From: Candidatus Nomurabacteria bacterium
GTDB taxonomy: Bacteria > Patescibacteriota > Minisyncoccia > Phycocordibacterales > UBA9973
Reading direction: 5' to 3'
Assembly: GCA_052035405.1 (NCBI GenBank)
Contig: JBPOHQ010000005.1
Span: forward strand, 1 to 62,235
DNA length: 62,235 nucleotides
The notes beneath the pieces are model-generated. The model ran no database searches. It had not been told where the DNA came from and saw nothing but the letters and a program-made list of their open reading frames with translations. This document shows positions 27,086 through 34,230 of the stretch, in pieces; position 1 is the stretch's first letter; every line of letters starts with the position of its first letter. Both the position numbers and the translations under genes were made by a program.

Positions 27086-27091
27086 AAATTC

Positions 27092-27514
27092 CTAGTTACT
27101 ACTCTCAACGTATTTTTTAAAGTTCTCTAAAATCGCCTGCCAACCTGCTCTCTGCATATCCTCAGGGTTTCCATTCTCTGGGTCAAATGCTTCTGTAATT
27201 TTAACAGAGTTATCTCCCGCTTGTTCAAAAGAGATTACAGCAGTTCTAGCATCCTCGCCATCCATCGTGTACTCTATCCTCTCATTTGGTATAACTCTAG
27301 TATACGTACCAGTAAAATCAAAACTACTAGAACCATCCTTTGCAAACATCCGAGTCAAAAACCTCCCTCCTTCCTTCAAATCATTCTCAGCGTGAGGACT
27401 CTCCCAATCATCAGAAGCAAAAGCCCATTTTGTAATGCGCTCAGGTTCATTCCAGCATTTCCAGACTTTTTCAATATCCCCTTTTACTATTGTTCCAACT
27501 TTTATTTTCTGCAT
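27092..27514 (-). CDS. SRPBCC superfamily protein (AHSA1/START-like)
   Basis: 140 aa with VWKCWNEPERITKWAFASDDW...FDFTGTYTRVIPNERIEYTM. Confidence 0.8.
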   Translation of the reverse strand: MQKIKVGTIVKGDIEKVWKCWNEPERITKWAFASDDWESPHAENDLKEGGRFLTRMFAKDGSSSFDFTGTYTRVIPNERIEYTMDGEDARTAVISFEQAGDNSVKITEAFDPENGNPEDMQRAGWQAILENFKKYVESSN

Positions 27515-27534
27515 ATATTAAATTTGTTAAAATA

Positions 27535-28176
27535 TCAATTTTTTAATTTGAATGCCATTATATTTTTTGCTTTTTCATCTGGGTACGCCCAAGCTTTCTC
27601 AAATAGGTCAAAATGAACTTTTCTATTTTCTTGTCCAGGTAATCCTGGATCATGTATTATTAGAGAGGTTTCGTCATATCCCTTTACAACAATAAAATGC
27701 CCAGAATAACCCATCTTTCCATTTAATGTTTTAGAATTAACATTACAAATAACTAAATGGCCTTTATTTAAAAAATCTATAATTTCTTCCGTTTTAGGCA
27801 GCCGAACCTCTTGATGAATTTTTTCGACAAGGTCCTTCGCACGTCTCGCCTCAGTAGGTATATCTCCATGGATAATCTGTGCTTCAGCCACTTCCTTAGT
27901 GTAAAATTCAAGTAGATACTTTTCTCCGTTTTCAGCAAACTCTCTATAGTTAAAAACCTCTATATCTTCAACGATAAATCCTTTTTCTTTTAACCACAAC
28001 ATCCCAGCCAAAGGCCATGTCCAAAGACCTTCAATTTTTGCAGTTTTTTCCTCTAGTTCTTTAAAAGAATATTCTTCTTTTGGCAAAAAGTACTTCAAAA
28101 CCATTTTCAGTGACGCCTGAAAACAGTATGTATTATCTAGTGTATTTGCAAAAAATGGAACATTATAATCTATCAT
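27535..28176 (-). CDS. C39-like papain-fold cysteine peptidase domain protein
   Basis: Candidate Cys in NTYCFQASLKMVL and His in SGHFIVVKGYD. Start set to the internal ATG (28176) because the longer ORF overlaps the upstream gene. Confidence 0.7.
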   Translation of the reverse strand: MIDYNVPFFANTLDNTYCFQASLKMVLKYFLPKEEYSFKELEEKTAKIEGLWTWPLAGMLWLKEKGFIVEDIEVFNYREFAENGEKYLLEFYTKEVAEAQIIHGDIPTEARRAKDLVEKIHQEVRLPKTEEIIDFLNKGHLVICNVNSKTLNGKMGYSGHFIVVKGYDETSLIIHDPGLPGQENRKVHFDLFEKAWAYPDEKAKNIMAFKLKN

Positions 28177-28195
28177 AATTTCAAGGTTAGTTATT

Positions 28196-28444
28196 TTACT
28201 TTCTCCATCGTGGGGCAAATCCTGCCATAAAAGTAAAGAAATATGCTTTCCATTTACTTTCTCCGCGAGCGACAATAGCATCAAACATCGCTTTCTTAAA
28301 TTCTTTTACATCATTTCCTTCATAGCACAGTTTGCCATCTCTAAAACAATAACTGCAATATATCTCGGATTCTCTTTTGTCCCCTAGTGGATCCTTGTCT
28401 AAAGGCATGAGACAACTTTCACACATTTTGTTATTTTTTTTCAT
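28196..28444 (-). CDS. zinc-ribbon domain protein
   Basis: 82 aa with CESCLMPL...YCSYCF, the pattern of the putative zinc-ribbon family. Confidence 0.7.
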   Translation of the reverse strand: MKKNNKMCESCLMPLDKDPLGDKRESEIYCSYCFRDGKLCYEGNDVKEFKKAMFDAIVARGESKWKAYFFTFMAGFAPRWRK

Positions 28445-28483
28445 ATGTTAATTATGGAAGCAAATTAATTTGTAGAATAATAA

Positions 28484-28864
28484 CTATCCTGAAACAACTA
28501 CTTCGAATCCTCCATACGCAAAACGTTTCATATCCATAGGCATAGACTTTTCTGTATACAAAGGGTTATTCATTGCAGGATCTGTCATGACCTTTTTATT
28601 TACTTGGTCTCTGTGCACACGAGACTTGAAAACAATATATGAGAACCAGACAGTCTCATTTGGCTTCGCTTCGATCATTTTTGCAAAAGGTAGAGCGATG
28701 TGTTCCGGCTTTGTATCATCGATCATACACTCCATATAATTGAGTGCTCCATGCTTCATCCATGTCTTTTTACCGAGTTCTGCCATCTTTTTGTAATCCG
28801 AAATTTTATTTTTCGGAACTACGAGCACAAACCCATCTACATACTTTCCTGTTTGTTTTTTCAT
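28484..28864 (-). CDS. DUF1428 (YbaA-like) protein
   Basis: 126 aa with YVDGFVLVVPKNKISDYKKMA...WMKHGAL...FAYGGFEVVV. Confidence 0.8.
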   Translation of the reverse strand: MKKQTGKYVDGFVLVVPKNKISDYKKMAELGKKTWMKHGALNYMECMIDDTKPEHIALPFAKMIEAKPNETVWFSYIVFKSRVHRDQVNKKVMTDPAMNNPLYTEKSMPMDMKRFAYGGFEVVVSG

Positions 28865-28870
28865 AATTAA

Positions 28871-28879
28871 ATTATATCA
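28871..28879 (-). promoter_or_regulatory. extended -10 TGaTATAAT, 6 nt upstream of ATG 28864
   Basis: rc of 28871-28879 = TGATATAAT. The TGA is also the stop codon of the upstream GIY-YIG gene. Confidence 0.45.
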
Positions 28880-29116
28880 AATTAATAATTTTAACTTTTC
28901 TGTTTTACTTAATTTTTTAATTTCACTTTCCCTTCTTCTCATTTCCCCAAAACTCTCAAACTCCTCCTTATATTTCATAACAACAGGTCTTCGGATTTTA
29001 GTATAATGGGCACCGGATTTTAGGTGGTTGTGAGCATAAAGCCTTTTTTCTAGATTATTCGTCGAGCCGGTATAGAGCGTGCCGTCAGCGCATTTAAGTA
29101 TATACACGAAGAACAT
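28877..29116 (-). CDS. GIY-YIG nuclease family protein (YhbQ/UPF0213-like)
   Basis: FFVYILKCADGTLYTGSTNNLEKRLYAHN. ATG 29116 is preferred over the TTG at 29134 (TACAAT-N6-ATG). Stop codon is TGA. Confidence 0.8.
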   Translation of the reverse strand: MFFVYILKCADGTLYTGSTNNLEKRLYAHNHLKSGAHYTKIRRPVVMKYKEEFESFGEMRRRESEIKKLSKTEKLKLLI

Positions 29117-29132
29117 TCCCGTATTGTACAAC

Positions 29133-29166
29133 AAAAAAACACCCTCTTGCGAGAGTGTTTTTTGTT
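29133..29166. terminator. hairpin terminator
   Basis: AAAAAAACACCCTC-ttgc-GAGAGTGTTTTTTG. Confidence 0.6.
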
Positions 29167-29382
29167 TTAGTTATCTGGAGTATCAGCCCAGGTCTTTTGG
29201 AAGTCTTCATTCCATTTAACCATAGCTGGATGGTCGGAAGGCATAGACTCTACATTTTTTGCCATATCAGGATGAGCCACCTTTAAATGTTCCATACCTA
29301 CTCCTATCAATTCTTCTGGAGTATTTCCAGATATTGGTTCGTCGCACATACCACCCATTTGTCTACATGTTATTGTTTTCAT
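29167..29382 (-). CDS. DUF1059 protein
   Basis: 71 aa with MKTITCRQMGGMCDEPISGNTPEEL...HLKVAHPDM. TATAAT (29389-29394) ends 6 nt before the ATG. Confidence 0.75.
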   Translation of the reverse strand: MKTITCRQMGGMCDEPISGNTPEELIGVGMEHLKVAHPDMAKNVESMPSDHPAMVKWNEDFQKTWADTPDN

Positions 29383-29439
29383 ACATTGATTATACTAAAT
29401 TTTTTAATGACATTAAAGACGTACCACTTGAAAAGATTT

Positions 29440-30009
29440 TTATCTTAAATCCAAAAGCTTCTTCTTCTTCATAAAGAAAGCCCCAACAACAGCAACGAGA
29501 ATCAAAGAAAAGTACACACTTAAAATTTCTGTATAAGAGTATGGTACTTTTTTTAACATACCCAAAACCACTGTAGACACCCAAGACACCATAGAGATAG
29601 CTCCACTCATCATTAAGAATGATGCATTTTTTACAAAAGTCTCCGATTCAGAAAATTTTATATTGAGATGTCTTTTAATGTGAGGTAGGTGGACCAAGTG
29701 AAAGACAACACCATTCAAGACGATGATACCTACGATAGACACCTTCACCAAGAATTTAGAAGAAGACAAATAATATTCAGGATTCGTAGAGACTAGCAAA
29801 ATACCAGAAATGACTAAAATAAAAATACCAGTCCAGACCATTTTGCCTCCCAGCTTCATAAATCTAAATTCATGCTGATCAAAAAAACCATCTCGTATAG
29901 AAGAGAAAAACATCGCATCGCTCATAAAGGCTCCTCCTGCTCCTAAGATAGCCCCAAAAACATGAGCTATCAGATATATAGTTCCTAAGTTTAAAAATTC
30001 TGGTAGCAT
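29440..30009 (-). CDS. multi-pass membrane protein, unknown function
   Basis: 189 aa with about 5 TM helices. Confidence 0.75.
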   Translation of the reverse strand: MLPEFLNLGTIYLIAHVFGAILGAGGAFMSDAMFFSSIRDGFFDQHEFRFMKLGGKMVWTGIFILVISGILLVSTNPEYYLSSSKFLVKVSIVGIIVLNGVVFHLVHLPHIKRHLNIKFSESETFVKNASFLMMSGAISMVSWVSTVVLGMLKKVPYSYTEILSVYFSLILVAVVGAFFMKKKKLLDLR

Positions 30010-30012
30010 ATT

Positions 30013-30702
30013 TTAGCGTGCGACCAAGTCCACAGTGAGCTTCACAGTCTTAGAGACATTTGCAAGAAACGGTAGATCAGGAACAGCTACTCCAAAGTCC
30101 CCATAGGTCAGATCTGTACTTGCTTTTACCGTCAACGAATTATCCAATCCCAATCTTGCCATACCATTAAATATTACAGATTTTGTAACTCCACTTATAG
30201 TTAAATCACCAGTGACTTTTACTGGAAATTCTTTTTGAGCCTCGAGACTCTCCCCTTCAATAGCGGTAGTTTTAAAAGTGATAAATTGATTAGCTGATTG
30301 ATCTGATTTGAGGACCAACTTCTTTACGTTACCGTCTCGCATCGCTATGTCAGTTTTTAATGTACTCGCATCGAGCTTTACTTCTGCTGTTTGTACTTTG
30401 TTTGTAGTCGTATCAAATACGATGCTTCCTGTGATATCCCGTGAAGTACCGACCACATGAGTAGGAGTACCTCGTAGCACTTCGTCTATTTCATATGTCG
30501 CCTGAGATTCAGCGGAGACTACTGTCATTGTTTTTTGATTTGGATTTTCAGTATCACCAGTCTGAGATGCATCACTTGCAAGATTTTGTTCAGTTAAAGA
30601 ATCCATTTTACCTACTTCAGTGTTCTTCGTAACACTCAGATATATTCCTCCTGCCACTAATACCAACACTACTACTGCTCCTATAATTGTATTATTTTTC
30701 AT
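30013..30702 (-). CDS. YceI-like (polyisoprenoid-binding) family protein, membrane anchored
   Basis: 229 aa with an N-terminal TM anchor and a lipocalin-like YceI pattern (ATYEIDEVLRG...VVGTSRDITGSIVFD...). Confidence 0.8.
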   Translation of the reverse strand: MKNNTIIGAVVVLVLVAGGIYLSVTKNTEVGKMDSLTEQNLASDASQTGDTENPNQKTMTVVSAESQATYEIDEVLRGTPTHVVGTSRDITGSIVFDTTTNKVQTAEVKLDASTLKTDIAMRDGNVKKLVLKSDQSANQFITFKTTAIEGESLEAQKEFPVKVTGDLTISGVTKSVIFNGMARLGLDNSLTVKASTDLTYGDFGVAVPDLPFLANVSKTVKLTVDLVAR

Positions 30703-30830
30703 ATATATTCAAATAAAATTACCTACTAATGATTAATGTAGTTACATAGATACTATCTATGGTGCCTATATTTTTGATTATAACAGATTAGAAAAGTAAT
30801 ATAAAATAATCAAAAAAAACGAAACCAACT

Positions 30831-31121
30831 TTACTCATCTCCTTTATCGACGCCCCATTGCCAACGCGGCTTTTCTCCTTTTTTGTATATAATAAAAATA
30901 AAAATAATAGTAGTACCCAAAATTATCGGTAGAGAAAATAATCCTACTTCCTCTCCTCTTAGAGCGCGATTAGTTATGATCTTCGTCACACCTAAAACCA
31001 CCAAGATGTATCCCGCAGTCAGAGCCCAACCCTGCCATGTAGAAGGAGTCCACCCCCAACCGTAGAGTTTTCGCTTAAACCAAAGCTTTTTTGTCTCACT
31101 TTTTACTTCTTGGTTTTCCAT
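30831..31121 (-). CDS. small membrane protein
   Basis: 96 aa with two TM helices. Preceded by TGcTATAAT-N6-ATG. Confidence 0.65.
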   Translation of the reverse strand: MENQEVKSETKKLWFKRKLYGWGWTPSTWQGWALTAGYILVVLGVTKIITNRALRGEEVGLFSLPIILGTTIIFIFIIYKKGEKPRWQWGVDKGDE

Positions 31122-31127
31122 ACCTTA

Positions 31128-31136
31128 ATTATAGCA
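31128..31136 (-). promoter_or_regulatory. extended -10 TGcTATAAT, 6 nt upstream of ATG 31121
   Basis: rc of 31128-31136 = TGCTATAAT. Confidence 0.45.
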
Positions 31137-31224
31137 AAGATTGATAAAAAGTGACTTTTATAATACTCTATACTGGTAAAGTACCATTTTGGGAGATAGT
31201 CCCTCGGCTTAATGGTAGTAATAT

Positions 31225-31295
31225 TGGGAGATCGTCTAATGGTAGGACACGTCCCTCTGAAGGATGTTATCTTGGTTCGAGTCCAAGTCTCCCAG
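31225..31295 (+). tRNA. tRNA-Gln (anticodon CUG)
   Basis: Hand-folded cloverleaf: acceptor TGGGAGA/TCTCCCA, D stem GTCT/GGAC, anticodon stem CGTCC/GGATG with loop CTCTGAA, T arm CTTGG-TTCGAGT-CCAAG, discriminator G. No CCA encoded. Confidence 0.9.
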
Positions 31296-31302
31296 CATAT
31301 AT

Positions 31303-31331
31303 AAAAAAGTGGCTTTATGCCACTATTTTTT
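31303..31331 (+). terminator. rho-independent terminator after tRNA-Gln
   Basis: AAAAAGTGGC-tttat-GCCACTATTTTTT. Confidence 0.65.
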
Positions 31332-31341
31332 ATATACTTTT

Positions 31342-31460
31342 GGAGTACCCGGACGAGAACCGCGGGCCGCAGTCCTCGAAGAGAGGACGTAGGTTTCGAG
31401 CACAGTAGTGCGAGGGGCGAGTCCAAGTCTCCCAGCAAGCTTGAGCCAGGTTCGTACTCC
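31342..31460 (+). ncRNA. unclassified GC-rich structured element (candidate ncRNA or 5' leader of the CYTH gene) containing a 20-nt copy of the tRNA-Gln 3' end
   Basis: 119 nt with 74 G+C by hand count. Closing helix GGAGTAC/GTACTCC plus GAACC/GGTTC. Internal hairpins GTCCTC-gaaga-GAGGAC and GCAC-agta-GTGC. TATACT -10 at 31333-31338. The strand is assumed. Confidence 0.35.
31418..31437 (+). repeat. perfect 20-nt direct repeat of tRNA-Gln T-arm/acceptor 3' end (copy of 31278-31297)
   Basis: CGAGTCCAAGTCTCCCAGCA occurs at 31278-31297 and 31418-31437. Confidence 0.9.
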
Positions 31461-31476
31461 GAAGAGTATAAAAAAT

Positions 31477-31953
31477 ATGGATAACGAAATTGAAAGGAAA
31501 TTCTTCGTAAGAGAAATGCCGGACTTGTCCGATATTAAGCCTCTTTACTACGAGCGGTATTTTTTGGAGCGCGGTAATGGAAAAGAAGTCCGTATTTCTA
31601 AAGTTAGTGACTCGTATGTATATGAAGATAAATCTGAAGTTTCCTCTTTAGAAAGAACTCGGGTAAAAAAAGATATCACTAAAGAAGAGTTCGAAGAGCT
31701 TAGACAGAATAATCCAGAAGCTATTATTCGTGAGCGATACAATATATCTTCTAATCCAGATATCGTAATTCAGATTTATCACGGAAGATTCGAAGGTCTT
31801 ATTCGTGCAGAAGTAGAGTTTAGTTCGGAGAAAGAAGCAAATTCATTTGATCCTCTTCCTTGGATGGGCGAAGAAATGACAGGGCTACCAATTGCACGCG
31901 ATTCTAAGTTACTCGATCTTACGGACGAGGAATTCAGAAAACACATCAAATAA
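31477..31953 (+). CDS. CYTH (triphosphate tunnel metalloenzyme / CyaB-ThTPase) domain protein
   Basis: 158 aa beginning MDNEIERKFFV (the EXEXK signature). Further acidic/basic tunnel residues include RISK, RERY and RAEVEF. The longer track ORF (31408) overlaps the tRNA-like repeat. Confidence 0.8.
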   Translation: MDNEIERKFFVREMPDLSDIKPLYYERYFLERGNGKEVRISKVSDSYVYEDKSEVSSLERTRVKKDITKEEFEELRQNNPEAIIRERYNISSNPDIVIQIYHGRFEGLIRAEVEFSSEKEANSFDPLPWMGEEMTGLPIARDSKLLDLTDEEFRKHIK

Positions 31954-31955
31954 TT

Positions 31956-32062
31956 ACATTCCGAGGAGCGTCAAAATGGTGGAATAAAAGTAATCAAAAA
32001 AGCCTTGCGGGGCTTGATGGGTAAATATACGAGACCGAGGAGGTCAGCTAGCTTTGTTTTAG
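31956..32062 (+). repeat. ~105-nt intergenic module, copy 1 (related to 33214-33320)
   Basis: ACATTCCGAGGAGCGTCAAAAT...ATCAAAAAAGCCTTGCGGGGCTT...ACGAGACCGAGGAGGTCAGCTAGC aligns by eye at roughly 70% with copy 2. Both start 2-3 nt after a stop codon. Confidence 0.6.
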
Positions 32063-32064
32063 TT

Positions 32065-32073
32065 TGATATAAT
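32065..32073 (+). promoter_or_regulatory. extended -10 TGaTATAAT, 6 nt upstream of ATG 32080
   Basis: TGATATAAT at 32065-32073. Confidence 0.45.
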
Positions 32074-32079
32074 CAAATC

Positions 32080-32607
32080 ATGAAATTATATAGATTCAGT
32101 CCAATAGAAAATAAGGAGCAATTATTGGAAGCCATAATGCATACTCATTTTGCATGTTTTGAGTTGTGTAAAAAAGCTCTTGGTAAATACCTACCAGTAG
32201 CCGGCAATATAGGAATTTTTTGTCATTACGATGATGAATATGAATATCTTACAAAATTACGAGAAGAACTTACTGAAAAATCTGATAATTTAAATCAAAA
32301 ATATTATAGATTACACAAGCCGATAGTTATTCCTGCAAATGAAGATATTCCGGAAACTACATATACCTATCTCTATATCCGTCGACCAGATCAATATAGA
32401 GGCCAAGTGGGAGACGTTGATTTTGTTTTGGAAGATGAAAGTTACACTGGACTTAAAAATTCATTACCGAATGATAAATTATTTAAAGTAAGAATATTTG
32501 AGCGTCCAGATTTGGATATGGTGGAATTATCCAATCCAGATATTGATGCTTTGGCTTATGTGAGCAACATAGCAATGACCGAAAAAGTTAGAGTTAAGAC
32601 TAATTAG
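32080..32607 (+). CDS. hypothetical protein (orphan)
   Basis: 175-aa ORF with no motif I recognise. Confidence 0.75.
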   Translation: MKLYRFSPIENKEQLLEAIMHTHFACFELCKKALGKYLPVAGNIGIFCHYDDEYEYLTKLREELTEKSDNLNQKYYRLHKPIVIPANEDIPETTYTYLYIRRPDQYRGQVGDVDFVLEDESYTGLKNSLPNDKLFKVRIFERPDLDMVELSNPDIDALAYVSNIAMTEKVRVKTN

Positions 32608-32664
32608 CTTTATTCCCATCAAAAAGGTTCTACTTCGCACCATACAGCTAACTAGTTTGAGATA

Positions 32665-32679
32665 GGTTCAGAGTCCGAG
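32665..32679 (+). repeat. degenerate T-arm-like copy (GGTTCaGAGTCCgAG)
   Basis: 13 of 15 positions match the tRNA-Gln sequence GGTTCGAGTCCAAG, with one inserted base. Confidence 0.35.
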
Positions 32680-32687
32680 AAACATAT

Positions 32688-33212
32688 ATGGCAATTAACA
32701 GAACAAAACTTACAGAGATTATCGAATCAGAGCACGGAAATAATTGGTGGAAGCCAGAACTTTTTGAGTTGAATGTTAGATCGCTGCTCCCTGAAGAGTT
32801 AAGGATTGTTGCTTGCCCTCCCGTGTACGAACAGAACTACAATTGTTTTGTTTATGCTTTTGGTTTACAGAACGACCCAGAATTCCTTGGGGGTAATAAC
32901 CCAGTGCAACAAGAATTTGTAAAATGGCTTATCTTGAATAAAGTATTAATTCATACTGATAAAATGGTTCCAGGGAATTTAATATTTTATCAAAATAATA
33001 ATAGTGAAATAACTCACGGTGGAATTATGCAAGATACTCAAACTGTAATTTCAAAATGGATGTGGGGGCCAATCATTATTCATAAACCCTTTGATGTTCC
33101 TACAAGTTTTGGTGATAAAATATCATTTTTCGCTTCGCCTGGAGCGGAAGATATAAAGAGACAATATATTGCTTATAAAAATACTGGTGTCGACATAAAA
33201 CCGATTGGCTAG
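32688..33212 (+). CDS. hypothetical protein, possible Cys/His papain-like fold
   Basis: 174-aa ORF with candidate catalytic pair C in NYNCFVYAFG and H in EITHGGIM. Tentative. Confidence 0.7.
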   Translation: MAINRTKLTEIIESEHGNNWWKPELFELNVRSLLPEELRIVACPPVYEQNYNCFVYAFGLQNDPEFLGGNNPVQQEFVKWLILNKVLIHTDKMVPGNLIFYQNNNSEITHGGIMQDTQTVISKWMWGPIIIHKPFDVPTSFGDKISFFASPGAEDIKRQYIAYKNTGVDIKPIG

Positions 33213-33213
33213 A

Positions 33214-33320
33214 ACATCCCGAGTAGCCTTAAAATAATAGACTAAAGATCATTAAAAAAGTCTTTTGTGGCTTTTTTAATAAATTTACAGACTAGTGAAG
33301 TCAGCCTTTTAAAAAGCTTT
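33214..33320 (+). repeat. ~105-nt intergenic module, copy 2
   Basis: ACATCCCGAGTAGCCTTAAAAT...ATCATTAAAAAAGTCTTTTGTGGCTTTTTT...ACAGACTAGTGAAGTCAGCC. Confidence 0.6.
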
Positions 33321-33382
33321 TATATTATTCATTCACATATGTTAAAATATAATTAAGATTTATTATTTTAACTTTTTTAATT

Positions 33383-33784
33383 ATGACACAAACAATTTTA
33401 ATTTGGACTGTATCTGTTCTCCAAGTATTGATAGCCTTAGGACTCATAAATGTATGGCTTGTACGTTTTAGTCGTGCGACGCAATATCGCGGAGGACAAG
33501 CGAGAAATATGAAAGAAGAATTTGCTACGTATGGTCTACCCTCTTGGTTTATGTATCTCGTCGGTTTTTTAAAAATGATTATTGCATTCACGATGATCTT
33601 CTTGTTGTTCGTACCGAAACTCATGGCTCCATTTGGTGTCCCCGCTCTTATACTCCTTTCCGTTCTCATGCTTGGAGCAATCACTATGCATATAAAAGTA
33701 AAAGATTCCTTAGTCAAAACTCTCCCAGCTATAGCAATGCTTGGAATGTCACTTTTGGTAATATTTTTAGTGTATACACTATAA
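33383..33784 (+). CDS. DoxX-like family membrane protein
   Basis: 133 aa with 4 TM helices and ...EEFATYGLPSWFMYLVGFLKMI...LGAITMHIKVKD. Confidence 0.8.
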   Translation: MTQTILIWTVSVLQVLIALGLINVWLVRFSRATQYRGGQARNMKEEFATYGLPSWFMYLVGFLKMIIAFTMIFLLFVPKLMAPFGVPALILLSVLMLGAITMHIKVKDSLVKTLPAIAMLGMSLLVIFLVYTL

Positions 33785-33844
33785 AAAAATCACCGAAGAT
33801 GCTTTATGCATCTTCGACTATCTAAAAAATCTGTATAAAATTTA

Positions 33845-34195
33845 ATGAAAAAAGTATACCGAATAACAGCTGATATGATTTGGCTCATACATCTGAGCAT
33901 TGTACTTATCGTGCTTTTTGGATGGATATTTCCAGAAATCTGGCCTCTTTATGTAAGTGTCTTAATCCTCACTCTCCTCTCTGAGATATTGTGGAGTTAT
34001 TGCATACTAAGTAAATGGGAATTTGATTTACGAAAAAAGATTGACTCTTCTCTTGATTATGAATACACCTATGCGAGCTACTATACATACAAGCTAACTC
34101 ATGGGCGACTCTCCCGAGACTTTCTGGGCCAAATAGGCAGAGTTTTTATAACTTCTTCTCTAATAATTACATTTTATTTTAAGTTTTTTTATTAG
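33845..34195 (+). CDS. DUF2784-like membrane protein
   Basis: 116 aa. TM helices plus a C-x-L-x3-E-x2-LR-like motif (YCILSKWEFDLRKK). Confidence 0.65.
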   Translation: MKKVYRITADMIWLIHLSIVLIVLFGWIFPEIWPLYVSVLILTLLSEILWSYCILSKWEFDLRKKIDSSLDYEYTYASYYTYKLTHGRLSRDFLGQIGRVFITSSLIITFYFKFFY

Positions 34196-34214
34196 TCCTG
34201 TTATTACATGAGAG

Positions 34215-34223
34215 TGTTATAAT
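34215..34223 (+). promoter_or_regulatory. extended -10 TGtTATAAT, 7 nt upstream of ATG 34231
   Basis: TGTTATAAT at 34215-34223. Confidence 0.45.
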
Positions 34224-34230
34224 TGAAAAG

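Noticed and set aside
31103-31438. ORFs 31103..31438 (-), 31151..31408 (+) and the first 23 codons of 31408..31953 (+).
   Set aside because: They overlap tRNA-Gln, its terminator and the GC-rich structured element. The CYTH signature EIERKF starts right after the internal ATG at 31477.
31954-33330. Integron-like cassette array (attC sites) as the interpretation of the repeated intergenic modules.
   Set aside because: No integron integrase is present. I could not find the R''/R' core sites (RYYYAAC/GTTRRRY) or the imperfect palindromic attC architecture. The observation is kept only as generic repeats in the findings.
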